Part shown: positions 1 to 10,788 of the stretch, one piece after another
How the letters are laid out: every line of letters starts with the position of its first letter
Numbering within the stretch: position 1 is the first letter of the stretch
NCBI GenBank assembly: GCA_963977445.1
Contig: CAXBPH010000053.1
Location: 1-32,074, forward strand
Direction of reading: 5' to 3'
DNA length: 32,074 nucleotides
Origin: an uncultured bacterium
GTDB lineage: Bacteria > Hydrogenedentota > Hydrogenedentia > Hydrogenedentales > JAEUWI01
Notes under the pieces: generated by a model
The model's input: only the letters and a program-made list of their open reading frames with translations
Databases searched by the model: none
What the model was told of the DNA's origin: nothing
Program-made: the position numbers and the translations under genes

Positions 1-2237
1 GTCCGGGCGAGGCCATCACCGAAGAGATGTTCCCAGACCCGATTGGCTGCGACGCGGGCTGTGAGGGGATTTTCGGGGGCCACAATCCATCGGGCGAGAT
101 CCAGGCGATCGGGCGTTTTGTCACGGGGAGGTAACGGAGGGAAGACAGCGGGGGTGTGTGCGGTCACGACGTCCCCGGGTTGCAGGAAATCACCCCGGTT
201 GTGAATGCGGGTTAGGGGTGGATCGGGATTCTTTGCGAGGGCCATCGTGATGGAGTCGATCGGTTTTGGAGGCCCATCTTCCAGCGCCTTCACTTCGTCA
301 TAAAGTTTTTTGTAGGTTTCGTCGTTTTGCCCAAAGGCGTGTAGCAGTGCGTCCTCTTGTTCCGGCGTGCGCGCTGTGGCTTCTGTGACGAGGGCTTCGG
401 TCACGGCATCGGAATAGAGGATATTGGCCGGTTCGTTGCCTGTTAACGACAGGCGAAAGCGGCCGATATTGTGAAACAAGCCATACCGTTGCTCCATCGT
501 GATGGTCAACAGGGTGCCCTGACCGTAGCCCACGGGTTCTTCCAGGGTAAAGGCAGCGGTATAGTCCCCACTCGTTTTCGAGCCCGGTCCAATAGCCCAG
601 CCGGAGCTCAGGTCGCCATCAAAGGCCCCTTCAATGGGGTAGCCATCCTGGGCATAGGTGGCCGTGGCCGAAGCGATTTTCAGCGGCGTCGTGTCGTGGG
701 GCGCGTTGGCAGGAGAGGCGACTATCGAAATCTCACCGAGGACGAAATTCGCATTGGGTGAGCGTCCGGGGCCATTTTTCGGCAGGGATTCGTGGGTCAG
801 GGCCTCCAGACGGATGCCCTTGATGGCCGCCGCGTTTGACCGAAGTACCACGGTATAGGTATCGGCGGGTGGCATATCTCCTACCAGCAGGAGCGAATGG
901 TCCTCCAGGGCTTGGAAAGATGCGCCACCCCGGGAGGCGAAAGAGCGTGGTGCCGCGATGGTCCACCCTTCTTCCGGTTTGGTGAGGCCCGCTTCCCATG
1001 CCGGGAGCCCGGCCAGGAGGGTGGGCTTGTAGGCCGCCAATTCCGCTTCCTTCGCGGCGAGGGCGGCCTCATGTTGTTCCACCGCCGCAGCATAGGTCGC
1101 TTCTTCACCGGGAAGGGGCGAGGGCACATCAGTTTCGATGGCGTTATTGAAGAAGGCATACATGCCGAAGTATTCACGCTGGGTAATGGGGTCATATTTG
1201 TGGGTGTGGCACTGGGCGCAGGCCATGGTGAGGCCCATGAACACCGCCCCCGTCGTATTGGTCCGGTCCACGGCCTGTTTTACCCGGTCTTCCTCCGGGT
1301 CGATGCCCCCTTCCCGATTGGTGAGGGTGTTTCGGTTAAAGCCCGTCGCGGTTTTCTGGGCCAGTGTGGCATCGGGGAGGAGGTCACCTGCCAGTTGTTC
1401 GATGACAAACTGGTCGTAGGGCAGGTCGTTATTCAGGGCGTCGATGACCCAATCCCGATAGCGATAGGCGTAGGGGCGGGGGTTGTCCTTCTCATAGCCA
1501 TCACTGTCCGCATAGCGGGCCAGGTCCAGCCAATGCCGTCCCCAACGCTCTCCAAAATGGGGTGATGCGAGGAGGCGATCGACCAGGTTTTCATAGGCCT
1601 GGGGCGATTCGTCGGCTAGGAAGGCGTCGATCTCGGCCGTTTCCGGGGGAAGTCCCAGCAAATCAAGGTAGAGCCGACGGAGCAGGGTCGGCTTGTCTGC
1701 CGGGGAGCTCGGATCCAGGCCCGCGCCTTTTAGTCGATTGGCCACAAAGGCGTCAATCGGGCTGCTCCCCCAGGATTCGGTGGACATGGGGGGCACTTCG
1801 GGGCGGGACACGGGCTGAAAGGCCCAGTGGTCTGATTTTACCTGGGCCTCGTCGCCCAAGTTTTCGGGGAGAACGGCACCTTCGGTCAGCCATTGCTGAA
1901 GGACCGCTACGGATTCGGCGGACAAGGGTGCGCCTTTGGGCGGCATGATACGCTCGGTGTTGGATTCGGTAACCCGTTGAAACAGGACACTTTCTTCCGG
2001 CTTGCCACCCAGGATGATCTTGCCATTGTCACTGCCGCGGACAAGACCTGCCGCGGAATCCAGACGAAGTCCGCCTTTTTGCTCCATCGGGCCATGACAC
2101 TTAATACAGTTGGCCGCCAGAATGGGGGCCACATCCTGCTCAAACGAAGTGGCCTGGGCCCACGCAGTGCTCCACAGGAGGGCGGCTACCGCAGTGGCAG
2201 TGATGGACGAAGAACGGTATGGCGCGATAGGGTTCAT
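1..2237 (-). CDS. Planctomycete-type cytochrome c / DUF1549 (PSCyt2) / DUF1553 (PSD1) secreted protein, 3' end runs off the window
   Basis: Not in the ORF track; translated by hand from ATG at 2237. It starts MNPIAPYRSS..AALLWSTAWAQ (signal-peptide-like), then has FEQDVAPILAANCIKCHG (CxxCH), HWAFQPV, PIDAFV, LLRRLYLDLLGLPP, GERWGRHWLDLARYADSDGYEKD, a second CAQCH and NPLTARVAANRVWEHLFG near position 1. These are typical motifs of this family. Confidence 0.9.
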   Translation of the reverse strand, partial: MNPIAPYRSSSITATAVAALLWSTAWAQATSFEQDVAPILAANCIKCHGPMEQKGGLRLDSAAGLVRGSDNGKIILGGKPEESVLFQRVTESNTERIMPPKGAPLSAESVAVLQQWLTEGAVLPENLGDEAQVKSDHWAFQPVSRPEVPPMSTESWGSSPIDAFVANRLKGAGLDPSSPADKPTLLRRLYLDLLGLPPETAEIDAFLADESPQAYENLVDRLLASPHFGERWGRHWLDLARYADSDGYEKDNPRPYAYRYRDWVIDALNNDLPYDQFVIEQLAGDLLPDATLAQKTATGFNRNTLTNREGGIDPEEDRVKQAVDRTNTTGAVFMGLTMACAQCHTHKYDPITQREYFGMYAFFNNAIETDVPSPLPGEEATYAAAVEQHEAALAAKEAELAAYKPTLLAGLPAWEAGLTKPEEGWTIAAPRSFASRGGASFQALEDHSLLLVGDMPPADTYTVVLRSNAAAIKGIRLEALTHESLPKNGPGRSPNANFVLGEISIVASPANAPHDTTPLKIASATATYAQDGYPIEGAFDGDLSSGWAIGPGSKTSGDYTAAFTLEEPVGYGQGTLLTITMEQRYGLFHNIGRFRLSLTGNEPANILYSDAVTEALVTEATARTPEQEDALLHAFGQNDETYKKLYDEVKALEDGPPKPIDSITMALAKNPDPPLTRIHNRGDFLQPGDVVTAHTPAVFPPLPPRDKTPDRLDLARWIVAPENPLTARVAANRVWEHLFGDGLAR

Positions 2238-2537
2238 AATATCTGACTCTCTGGCTTGCATCGATCCGGTCAGCGTCACACTAACACAGTTTTATGCGAT
2301 GTGCCAGTGTGTCAATGATCCGTGGTCGGTCTACGAGCCAGAATTCAACAAATAGCCCAATCTGTAGTTGCGCATAATTCTCAGCTACCGTCCTGAATGG
2401 AAGTGGATTGCGGCGCGCGCCATGGGGTATCCTTCAATGAAAGCGTGGCCATCGTGATGGTCTGAGAGTTCGGGGTGCTTGACGATGTGGAAATCTGCGG
2501 CTTCCCATATATACGAGGGTAAGAGTTTCACCTCTGC

Positions 2538-4181
2538 ATGCGTAGTGATTCACACATATTAATCGTCGACGATAACATTCAGATACAGTCGTTGCTTCAG
2601 GAGCTATTGTCTGTTTCCGGTCATTCCACGGAGGCGGCATCGTCCTGCGAAGAGGCCCGCGCCCTCCTCGACCAGCATACTTTTTCGAGTGCCCTCATCG
2701 ACTTGGGTCTTCCGGACGGTAATGGCCTTGACTTGTTGCCTGCCATTAAAGAGAATCACCCCTTTCTGGTGCCCATTATCCTTACGGGGGATGGTCGCGC
2801 CGATACCATCATTGAGACCATGCGGGCGGGTGCCTTCGACTTTCTGATTAAGCCCTTTGTGACGGCAACGCTCCAGGCGGCCATCAATCGTGCCCTCGAC
2901 TACCACCGCGTGCTCCGTGAGCGGGACGAATTGATTCATCTCCTTTCCGAAGAACGGGAACAGCTGAAGGTACGGGTGGAAGAAGCCACGGCCGCCATTC
3001 GCCAAAAAGCCGAACATGTCGAATTGGTAAGCGCCCGCCTTCATTCTCTGGTTCGCCTGACCCAGGTGGCCTCCGGGCAATATACGGATGAAATGGTTTT
3101 CCGCAGTATCGTGGACGAACTCGAGAAATATTTTCCCCTGGATTGCGTTGTGTTGCAGTCTGCTGCGGGCACGGAGTTTCTCTGCGCCCAGCAGGACGAA
3201 CATGGCGAAATCGGGGTGATCATGGTGGAAGGCGCGATCCACAACCCCGACAACGGGGTGGATTCAGAAAAGCGTCTCCGCGAGATGGTCACCAAGCATG
3301 CGTCCATGCGGAACCAGGATTCGGCAGCCTACTTGTATCCCCAGAGCTATTGGGGCAAGAAAGCCTGCACCGTCGCCTTTTTTCTGGACAACGACTTTGA
3401 AGTCGACGCCGATTGCGATCAGTTTCTGAGCATGTGCGCCCACTTTCTTGGATTTGAATGGCAGGATGCCCGGCTTTCTCTGCATGCCACGCAGCAGGCG
3501 AGCCTCGGGAATATTGCGGTCGAAATTTCAAAGGGCCTGATTCAGGGCCTGACCGCCATCCGGACCACGGCCGATTATGTGAGTGAAACGGAAGTGACGC
3601 CCGAAGCGTTGGAAGGGCTGAACCACATTCGGGGCAGTGTCGATAGTCTGCACAGCCAGATTAAGGATTTCCGACAGCTTTCGCTGCCGCAGAAGGATTC
3701 GGTGCAGACGGTTCGCCTGACGGACTATCTCAATCAGGCGGTTGAAATTTTGAGCCGGGCACTCCAGAATAAGAGTATTACCATTGAGCGACACTTTGAG
3801 GAGGATAGTCCTTGCGTGTTGCTGAACGGTGCGAGCCTTGCCCGTACCTTCCTGGACTTGATTTCCGCCACGGTGAGGACGGTTGACGTGGGTGGCACCA
3901 TCACCCTGCGTCTGTCGGAGGCCGAGTCGAATCATGTTTTTGTGGAAATCAGCCACGAATCCGGGCAAACAGAACTTTTTGGTATCGAGATAAATGGGGC
4001 CCATGTGAACAGTTCTCTGCTGGTAGAAAGCCACCCACAATTTATACTGTCCCAACGGACCGTGCAGCGATGTGGTGGACGTTTGATGCTGAAATGCGAT
4101 CATGAAACCCATCGCGCTTTTCACATCATCTTGCCAAGAGATCCTCTGGCGGCGCAAAGTAAGACTGAGAAACGCCCATGA
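2538..4181 (+). CDS. Response-regulator receiver fused to a degenerate histidine-kinase-like (DHp/CA) region
   Basis: The N-terminal REC is canonical (ILIVDD, ALID55, ILTG, IKPF). It is followed by a coiled coil and a GAF-like segment. The C-terminus follows the HisKA/HATPase layout but lacks the catalytic residues. Confidence 0.8.
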   Translation: MRSDSHILIVDDNIQIQSLLQELLSVSGHSTEAASSCEEARALLDQHTFSSALIDLGLPDGNGLDLLPAIKENHPFLVPIILTGDGRADTIIETMRAGAFDFLIKPFVTATLQAAINRALDYHRVLRERDELIHLLSEEREQLKVRVEEATAAIRQKAEHVELVSARLHSLVRLTQVASGQYTDEMVFRSIVDELEKYFPLDCVVLQSAAGTEFLCAQQDEHGEIGVIMVEGAIHNPDNGVDSEKRLREMVTKHASMRNQDSAAYLYPQSYWGKKACTVAFFLDNDFEVDADCDQFLSMCAHFLGFEWQDARLSLHATQQASLGNIAVEISKGLIQGLTAIRTTADYVSETEVTPEALEGLNHIRGSVDSLHSQIKDFRQLSLPQKDSVQTVRLTDYLNQAVEILSRALQNKSITIERHFEEDSPCVLLNGASLARTFLDLISATVRTVDVGGTITLRLSEAESNHVFVEISHESGQTELFGIEINGAHVNSSLLVESHPQFILSQRTVQRCGGRLMLKCDHETHRAFHIILPRDPLAAQSKTEKRP

Positions 4182-5575
4182 GTATCGGCGAGAAAATGAG
4201 TTTAAAAGACATTGACGTGTCGAAAGCGGATGGTCGCCTTCGGCTTTTGGTGGTGGATACGGATCCCAGCGTCTGCTGGTCGCTGGAAAAAGGGTTGGGC
4301 CTGTCTGGCTACTCGGTCCAGTCGGTGAACAATGCCAACCAGGCCGTCGCCCAGATTCGCGACGGCAACTATGCGGGCGTGCTTCTGGAGATCATGCCGG
4401 AAGCCGGGCTTACGGTTGAGGTGCTGTCGACCTTGCTCGACGGTGAGAACCCACCCAACGTCGTCTGCGTGTCTATTGATGCGCCACCCAACGTGGTTAT
4501 CGATTGCATGCGACGGGGGGCCACCGACTTTCTGGTAAAGCCCTTCAGTCTGGCGGAGGTCCGTTCATCTATCGCTAAGGCGGTGAATGGTGCGCAGGAC
4601 AAGCGTACCAATTCGCTTGATGCGATTGAATTGTCCCCCGAGTCGGCGTCTTCTCTGTTGGTGGGTGTGAGCCCGCCCATGCAGGAACTGCGGACGATTG
4701 TGAAGCAGGTTTCCCAGACCGACCTTAATTGTCTGATTCGGGGCCAGAGCGGCTCGGGTAAAGATGTAATTGCCCGGGAGATCCATCGGCTTTCCCGTCG
4801 TTGTGATAAGCCCCTGGTGAAGGTAAACTGCAGCGCCCTGCCAGAGCACTTGCTGGAAAGCGAGTTATTTGGCTATGAGAAGGGTGCCTTTACGGGTGCA
4901 AGCACGTCTAAACCCGGCCGTTTCAGTCTGGCCAATGAGGGCGTTATTTTTCTCGATGAAATTGGCGAAATGCACCCCAATCTCCAGGCAAAACTACTTC
5001 AGGTGATCGAGCACAAAGAGTTTACCAAGCTCGGCGGCCGAAAATCGGTAAAAGTGGACGTGCAGATTATCGCCGCCACCAATGCGGACATCGAGGCCAT
5101 GACCAAAGATGGTCGGTTTCGGCAGGATCTCTATTTCCGCCTGAATGAAGTCTGCATCTGGGCACCACCGTTGAATGAGCGAAAAGAAGACATTCCCTTG
5201 CTGATAAAGCACTTCGCGAAGAAATACAGTAGTTTCGCGGGTGATCGCCCCTTCAATATTACGGGGGAAGAGCTTACGAAACTTACCGAACAAAATTGGA
5301 GCGGTAATGTTCGTGAGCTGGAGAGTACGATTAAACGCTGGCTGGTCCTGGGCAAGGCCGACGCGCCGATTCCGCCCAAACCACGTTCGGCCACTGCAGC
5401 ACCGGCTGCCGCGCCGCGTTCATCGGCGCCTCGCCGGGACGTGACGCCCGCAGAAATTCGGGACGCGCTGGAGCAAAACCAATGGAACCGCCGGAAAGCC
5501 GCCGAAGCGCTGAACATCAGCTATCAGGCCCTCCGTCGTCGTATCGAGAAATATAAGCTCGATCAGCCCAGCTAA
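4178..5575 (+). CDS. NtrC-family sigma54-dependent transcriptional activator (REC-AAA+-Fis HTH)
   Basis: Walker A GQSGSGKD, ESELFGYEKGAFTGA, FLDEIGEM, FRQDLYFRL, GNVRELE and C-terminal HTH NRRKAAEALNISYQAL. ATGA overlap with the upstream gene. Confidence 0.93.
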   Translation: MSIGEKMSLKDIDVSKADGRLRLLVVDTDPSVCWSLEKGLGLSGYSVQSVNNANQAVAQIRDGNYAGVLLEIMPEAGLTVEVLSTLLDGENPPNVVCVSIDAPPNVVIDCMRRGATDFLVKPFSLAEVRSSIAKAVNGAQDKRTNSLDAIELSPESASSLLVGVSPPMQELRTIVKQVSQTDLNCLIRGQSGSGKDVIAREIHRLSRRCDKPLVKVNCSALPEHLLESELFGYEKGAFTGASTSKPGRFSLANEGVIFLDEIGEMHPNLQAKLLQVIEHKEFTKLGGRKSVKVDVQIIAATNADIEAMTKDGRFRQDLYFRLNEVCIWAPPLNERKEDIPLLIKHFAKKYSSFAGDRPFNITGEELTKLTEQNWSGNVRELESTIKRWLVLGKADAPIPPKPRSATAAPAAAPRSSAPRRDVTPAEIRDALEQNQWNRRKAAEALNISYQALRRRIEKYKLDQPS

Positions 5576-5595
5576 TCGCGGCAGGGTTGGTATCC

Positions 5596-6315
5596 TCAGG
5601 CCGGATGGCCCAGGGCTACCAGAATTTCCCGCACGGCACCTTCCAGCCCTATAAACACGGCCCGGGCGATAATGTCGTGTCCTATGTTCACTTCATGTAA
5701 ACCGGGCAGGGCTACGATGGGTGCAAGATTGGCTACGGTAAGTCCGTGGCCCGCATGGAAGGTCATGGGCGTTTCGGCCAGACAGTCGGCCGATTTCTGG
5801 AGCCGCAGTAGCTCAATCTCCACGTCATCCCCCTGGGCATTGGCATAGGCCCCGGTGTGCAATTCAACACAGTCGGCTCCCGTTTCCAGGCTGGCTTGAA
5901 TCTGCGCGATTTCCGGGTCGATGAACATGCTTACCCGAATACCGTTTGCATGCATTCCGGTAACGACCTCGGTCAGCCACGGTATCTGGCCGGCCACGTC
6001 GAGGCCACCTTCGGTGGTAATTTCTTCACGATTTTCGGGGACAAGGCATACCGTTGCAGGGCGGATTTCGTGGGCAATGGCGATCATCTCGTCCACCGCC
6101 GCCATTTCGAAGTTCATGCGGACCTTGAGAGATTTGGCCAGGCCGTAGATGTCGCGATCCTGAATGTGCCGTCGATCCTGGCGCAGATGCACGGTAATCT
6201 GATGGGCACCCGCCTTTTCACAGAGGGCTGCGGCATCCAGGACACTGGGTACGGCACCTTTTCGGGCTTCGCGCAATGTCGCCACGTGATCGATGTTTAC
6301 ACCGAGCTCAATCAT
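5596..6315 (-). CDS. pdxJ: Pyridoxine 5'-phosphate synthase
   Basis: LGVNIDHVATLR, ITVHLRQDRRHIQD, TTEGGLDV, VELHTG, HAGHGL, EVNIGH. Start moved to ATG 6315, preceded by an AAGGA SD. Confidence 0.96.
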   Translation of the reverse strand: MIELGVNIDHVATLREARKGAVPSVLDAAALCEKAGAHQITVHLRQDRRHIQDRDIYGLAKSLKVRMNFEMAAVDEMIAIAHEIRPATVCLVPENREEITTEGGLDVAGQIPWLTEVVTGMHANGIRVSMFIDPEIAQIQASLETGADCVELHTGAYANAQGDDVEIELLRLQKSADCLAETPMTFHAGHGLTVANLAPIVALPGLHEVNIGHDIIARAVFIGLEGAVREILVALGHPA

Positions 6316-6435
6316 GGGTATTTCCTTCGTAACCTTCGACGCTGATGGATTGGTTAAACCTTCGGCAGGGACGGGCATGGTGCCGTCGTCCGACACCCTT
6401 CACCGGGCCATGCGCACTACGATGGGTGGAGTATG

Positions 6436-7779
6436 CTAGAGCTTGGCTACCTGATCGGCCAGTTGACGGCATAGATCCTGGGCGGCACGGGCATCCTGAT
6501 GTTGGACCATGACCCGCACAATGGGTTCGGTCCCCGACGGTCGGATGACGACCCGTCCCTTGCCCTCGATTTGGTCACGAATGACATCCACCAGGGCATC
6601 GAGTGATTCTTGTGCCGGTTTGGGCTTGTTGCCCAAGGGCACTTTCTGGTGGCTTTCCGGCATTTCCTGGTAGGCTTGGGCAAGGGTCGCGAGGGGTTGC
6701 TCTTTGCGGACGATAATCGCCAGGATCTGCAGGGCAGCAATGATGGCGTCGCCCGTGGTGTTGTGATCCAGGATGATCATATGTCCCGAAGATTCACCAC
6801 CGATGGTCAGCCCCTGATCACGCATGGCTTCAACGACGTAGCGGTCACCGACCTGGGTATGGACAACCGAGCCGCCCCAGGGCTCCAGTGCCCGTGCCAG
6901 GCCACCGTTGGCCATGATAGTGGTGACGATGGTCTTGTGGGGCAGTTCACCCCGCTCCAGGCTGTCGATGCCGAGGACCGCAAGCAGGGCGTTTCCGTCC
7001 AGGAGACGTCCGTTGCCATCGGCCATGACGAGACGGTCGCCGTCGCCGTCGAAGGCGATTCCGAGGTCGGCCCGTTCACGGATGACCATCGCCCGCATTT
7101 CTTCGGGGTGTACCGAGCCAACACCTTTATTAATGTTCATCCCGTCGGGGTCGTTGCCGAGGGCGATAACGGTGGCCCCCAATTCTTTGAGTGTATTGGG
7201 GCCCGCTTTGTAGGTGGCCCCGTGGGAGCAATCGACCACAATTCGGAGGCCATCGAGGCGCATGCCTTTGGGGAAAGACGCCTTTACAAACTCGATATAT
7301 CGCCCAACGGCGTCGTCGATACGGCGTGCAATGCCGATGTCGGAGCCCGTCGGCGGGGTTCTATCTACGTCGCCAGAATTAATCAGGCGTTCGATTTCAT
7401 CTTCCAGTTCGTCGGCGATTTTGTAACCGTCCCGTCCGAAGAGCTTGATACCGTTGTCTTCATAATCGTTGTGGGAAGCCGAAATCATGATGGCCCCATC
7501 GCAGCGGAGGCTCCGCATGATATAAGAGACACCGGGCGTGGGTAGTGGGCCGGTGAGGAGCACGTTAATACCCACGGAACACAGCCCTGCCGTGAGGGCA
7601 TTTTCGAGCATGTAGCAGGAACGGCGGGTATCTTTTCCAATGAGTATCGTGTGGCGGCCACTGCCATTTCGAAACAGGCGGCCTGCCGCCCGACCCACCT
7701 GGAGGGCCATCTCGGCCGTCATCGGGTGGACATTGGCTTTACCCCGGATTCCGTCCGTTCCGAATAAGCGCTCTCCCAT
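6436..7779 (-). CDS. glmM: Phosphoglucosamine mutase
   Basis: LFGTDGIRG, ISASHN (phospho-Ser), DGDGDR metal loop, GGESSGH, RPSGTEP. Follows folP as in many bacteria. Confidence 0.96.
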   Translation of the reverse strand: MGERLFGTDGIRGKANVHPMTAEMALQVGRAAGRLFRNGSGRHTILIGKDTRRSCYMLENALTAGLCSVGINVLLTGPLPTPGVSYIMRSLRCDGAIMISASHNDYEDNGIKLFGRDGYKIADELEDEIERLINSGDVDRTPPTGSDIGIARRIDDAVGRYIEFVKASFPKGMRLDGLRIVVDCSHGATYKAGPNTLKELGATVIALGNDPDGMNINKGVGSVHPEEMRAMVIRERADLGIAFDGDGDRLVMADGNGRLLDGNALLAVLGIDSLERGELPHKTIVTTIMANGGLARALEPWGGSVVHTQVGDRYVVEAMRDQGLTIGGESSGHMIILDHNTTGDAIIAALQILAIIVRKEQPLATLAQAYQEMPESHQKVPLGNKPKPAQESLDALVDVIRDQIEGKGRVVIRPSGTEPIVRVMVQHQDARAAQDLCRQLADQVAKL

Positions 7780-7894
7780 GCTTCTCTCCTTTCATGCTTT
7801 CGCAAGACGCCGTGGCCCCTTAGTTGGCAGGACCTGGCCCATAATAAGTATTTTTCAGTTGCCCGAAAAGATCCGTCGACAGCACGGGACGGAA

Positions 7895-8755
7895 TCAGGC
7901 GTCAAACCCATGTTCAATGGCTTCAATCATGCGCACGATGCGACTCATGGCACGGACATCGTGCACACGGACGCACTGGGCACCCTTCATCACGGACCAA
8001 GCGACCGTGGCCGCCGTTCCTTCCGTGCGATCACCGACATCGGTATTCAAGACGGTGCCAATGGTCGATTTATTCGATGTGCCAATCAGCACGGGTAATC
8101 CAAATTGTCGAAAGGTGCTCAGTTCACGCAACAGCACCAGATTATGCGTCACGGTCTTACCAAAACCAAAACCGGGGTCGAGCCAGAGCTGTTCCCGGGC
8201 AATCCCAGCGCGTTCGGCGGCCCCAATCCGTTCCTCAAAAAAGCGGAGTATCTCTGAAACCACCTCTTCATAATGGGGGGCCTGTTGCATGGACCGTGGC
8301 GTGCCCTGCATATGCATCAGTACACAGGGGCAACCGGATGCTCCAATAACCTCGGCCATGGCCGGGTCGTGTCGGAGCGCACTGATGTCATTAATCAGGG
8401 TTGCACCGTATTCCAGGGCCTGTCGTGCCGTTGCCGCATGGTAGGTGTCGACAGAAACGGGTACGGGACAGTCGTGCAGCCGCTCCAGAAGGGGGGCGAG
8501 ACGCTGCCATTCGGCATCCGGATCCAGCGGTGCCGCGCCCGGTCGTGAGGACTCGGCACCCAAATCCAGAATGTGGGCACCCTCATCGACCAATGTCATG
8601 GCGTGGCGGTAGGCGGCCTCGGGTGTAGGGAGACGACCCCCATCGAAGAAGGAGTCCGGGGTGACATTCACCACCCCCATCACGAGCACGCGCCCCCGTT
8701 TTAAGACGGGGGCGGCGTACCAGGGTAAAAAACGCTTCGATGGGTCAATCATCAT
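7895..8755 (-). CDS. folP: Dihydropteroate synthase
   Basis: VMGVVNVTPDSFFDGG, GAESSRPGA, DPGFGFGK, GTSNKS, RVHDV. Exact start uncertain (8752/8755/8773). Confidence 0.95.
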   Translation of the reverse strand: MMIDPSKRFLPWYAAPVLKRGRVLVMGVVNVTPDSFFDGGRLPTPEAAYRHAMTLVDEGAHILDLGAESSRPGAAPLDPDAEWQRLAPLLERLHDCPVPVSVDTYHAATARQALEYGATLINDISALRHDPAMAEVIGASGCPCVLMHMQGTPRSMQQAPHYEEVVSEILRFFEERIGAAERAGIAREQLWLDPGFGFGKTVTHNLVLLRELSTFRQFGLPVLIGTSNKSTIGTVLNTDVGDRTEGTAATVAWSVMKGAQCVRVHDVRAMSRIVRMIEAIEHGFDA

Positions 8756-8796
8756 GCCGTGCGCAGCTCCCACTACGGGTGCGTCGCAATGCCACC

Positions 8797-10788
8797 CTAA
8801 ACCGTATCCGGCACGATACCGCCAGACGATACCTGGTCGGAACCACCGTCTTCATCAATATTTTCGTCAATGCTCTTCCGGCTGGATGCGTCATCACCGG
8901 GAGCGATTACCGTTCCTTCGTCCGGGGTCGTCGCGGGCTCGGGATCGGCGGGAATCAGGTCGGGACCACCCACGCGGCGGATAATTTCATTTACTTCCGC
9001 CGCATCCAGGGTCTCGCGCTCAAAGAGTTCGTCGCCGAGGGTCTTCAATATGTCGAAATGAGTTTCCAGTAAGTTTTTTGCGTCGCGGTAGGCTTCTTCC
9101 AGCAGACGGTGGACTTCGCGGTCAACGGCCGCGGCAGTTTCGTCACTGTGGTCGCGGGTCTTGCCGAAATCCCGGCCGATGAACACTTCGTCGCCGCCAC
9201 CAAAGGAGATAGGGCCCAATTCGCTCATGCCCCACTCACAGACCATGCTGTGGGCGCGGGCGGTGGCCACCTTGAGGTCGTTGGAGGCACCGCTGTTGAA
9301 TTCGCCATAGATGAGTTCTTCGGCGGCACGGCCACCCATGGTAACCCGCATATTGGCGAGACACCATTTCCGGGAGGCACAAAACTTGTCTTCAACGGGT
9401 AGATAGCTCGTTACGCCCAGGGCCGGTCCACGGGGGATGACGGTAACCTTGTGCATGGGGTCGGCATGGGGCAGGAGCTGACACAGGAGGGCGTGGCCGG
9501 CTTCGTGGTAGGCCGTGGCGAGTTTCTGTTCCTGACTCATGATCAGGCTGACTCTCGCGGGACCCATCATGACGCGATCTTTGGCATCTTCGAAGTCGAT
9601 CATCTGGACCACTTCCTGATCACGGCGGGCCGCGAGGAGGGCCGCTTCATTGACCATGTTGGCCAGATCGGCACCGGAAAATCCGGGGGTGCCCCGTGCC
9701 AGAACCTTGGTATCCAGTTCGGGCCCGTAGGGTACCTTCTGATTCTTGATGTGGATATCGAGAATTTGCTGACGGCCTTTAATATCGGGATTGGCGACAA
9801 CCACCTGGCGGTCAAAGCGGCCGGGGCGGAGGAGGGCGCGATCCAGTACGTCGGGGCGGTTGGTCGCGGCGATAAGGATGACGCCGTCGTTGGTGTTGAA
9901 ACCGTCCATCTCGACGAGAAGCTGATTCAGGGTCTGTTCCCGTTCATCATGGCCACCACCGAGTCCGGCGCCACGCTGCCGTCCCACGGCGTCAATTTCA
10001 TCAATAAAGATGATGCAGGGGGCGTGTTTGTGGCCCTGTTGAAACAGATCCCGGACGCGACTGGCACCCACACCGACGAACATCTCGACAAAGTCGGAGC
10101 CACTGATGCTGAAGAAGGGCACACTGGCTTCGCCGGCCACGGCACGGGCGAGGAGGGTTTTACCCGATCCGGGAGGGCCCACGAGGAGGACGCCCCGGGG
10201 GATCTTACCGCCAAGGCGGGTGAATTTCTTGGGCTCTTTGAGGAACTCGATGATTTCGTGGAGCTCTTCTTTGGCTTCATCGACGCCGGCCACATCATCG
10301 AAGGTGGCGGTCTTGTCACCCTGGTTGACCATGCGGGCCCGGCTTTTTCCGAAGGACATGGCCTTGTTGTTGCCGCCCTGCATCTGGCGAATCATGAAGA
10401 ACCAGAAGGCACCGATGATGAGGATCAGGATGAAAATCTGAAACAACATCTGCCCGATAAAGGGATTGTGCTCGGTATAGATGACACCAACGCTGTTTGC
10501 GTCGAGTTTGGTTTCCCAGGTTTTGTCAAATTCGGGAACGGTGAAGTTCAGCTCTCGCTGTTTGGCTTCTCCTACGGGTTCCTTGAATTTGGCATAGACC
10601 TGAACCGAATTGTCGCCGGTCGTTACCTTGACCGGATCATCGATGTTGTTGAGGTCCATTTGTTCCAGAAAACCGCGCTGGCCCGTTACGGTTGGCTTGG
10701 TATTCATCTGGGAGAACTGGGTCAATACAAGGACGACGATAATCGCCATGACAACCCAAAGGGATACTTGTTTGAATACACCATTCAT
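8797..10788 (-). CDS. ftsH: ATP-dependent zinc metalloprotease FtsH
   Basis: Two N-terminal TM helices, [19 protein letters not shown] ([20 protein letters not shown]) and HEAGH zinc motif. Confidence 0.98.
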   Translation of the reverse strand: MNGVFKQVSLWVVMAIIVVLVLTQFSQMNTKPTVTGQRGFLEQMDLNNIDDPVKVTTGDNSVQVYAKFKEPVGEAKQRELNFTVPEFDKTWETKLDANSVGVIYTEHNPFIGQMLFQIFILILIIGAFWFFMIRQMQGGNNKAMSFGKSRARMVNQGDKTATFDDVAGVDEAKEELHEIIEFLKEPKKFTRLGGKIPRGVLLVGPPGSGKTLLARAVAGEASVPFFSISGSDFVEMFVGVGASRVRDLFQQGHKHAPCIIFIDEIDAVGRQRGAGLGGGHDEREQTLNQLLVEMDGFNTNDGVILIAATNRPDVLDRALLRPGRFDRQVVVANPDIKGRQQILDIHIKNQKVPYGPELDTKVLARGTPGFSGADLANMVNEAALLAARRDQEVVQMIDFEDAKDRVMMGPARVSLIMSQEQKLATAYHEAGHALLCQLLPHADPMHKVTVIPRGPALGVTSYLPVEDKFCASRKWCLANMRVTMGGRAAEELIYGEFNSGASNDLKVATARAHSMVCEWGMSELGPISFGGGDEVFIGRDFGKTRDHSDETAAAVDREVHRLLEEAYRDAKNLLETHFDILKTLGDELFERETLDAAEVNEIIRRVGGPDLIPADPEPATTPDEGTVIAPGDDASSRKSIDENIDEDGGSDQVSSGGIVPDTV

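Noticed and set aside
471..2355. Several short plus-strand ORFs
   Set aside because: They lie opposite the truncated DUF1549/DUF1553 gene, which reads as one frame on the minus strand where I checked it.
5596..10788. ftsH-folP-glmM-pdxJ cluster
   Set aside because: Well-known conserved gene order; not novel.
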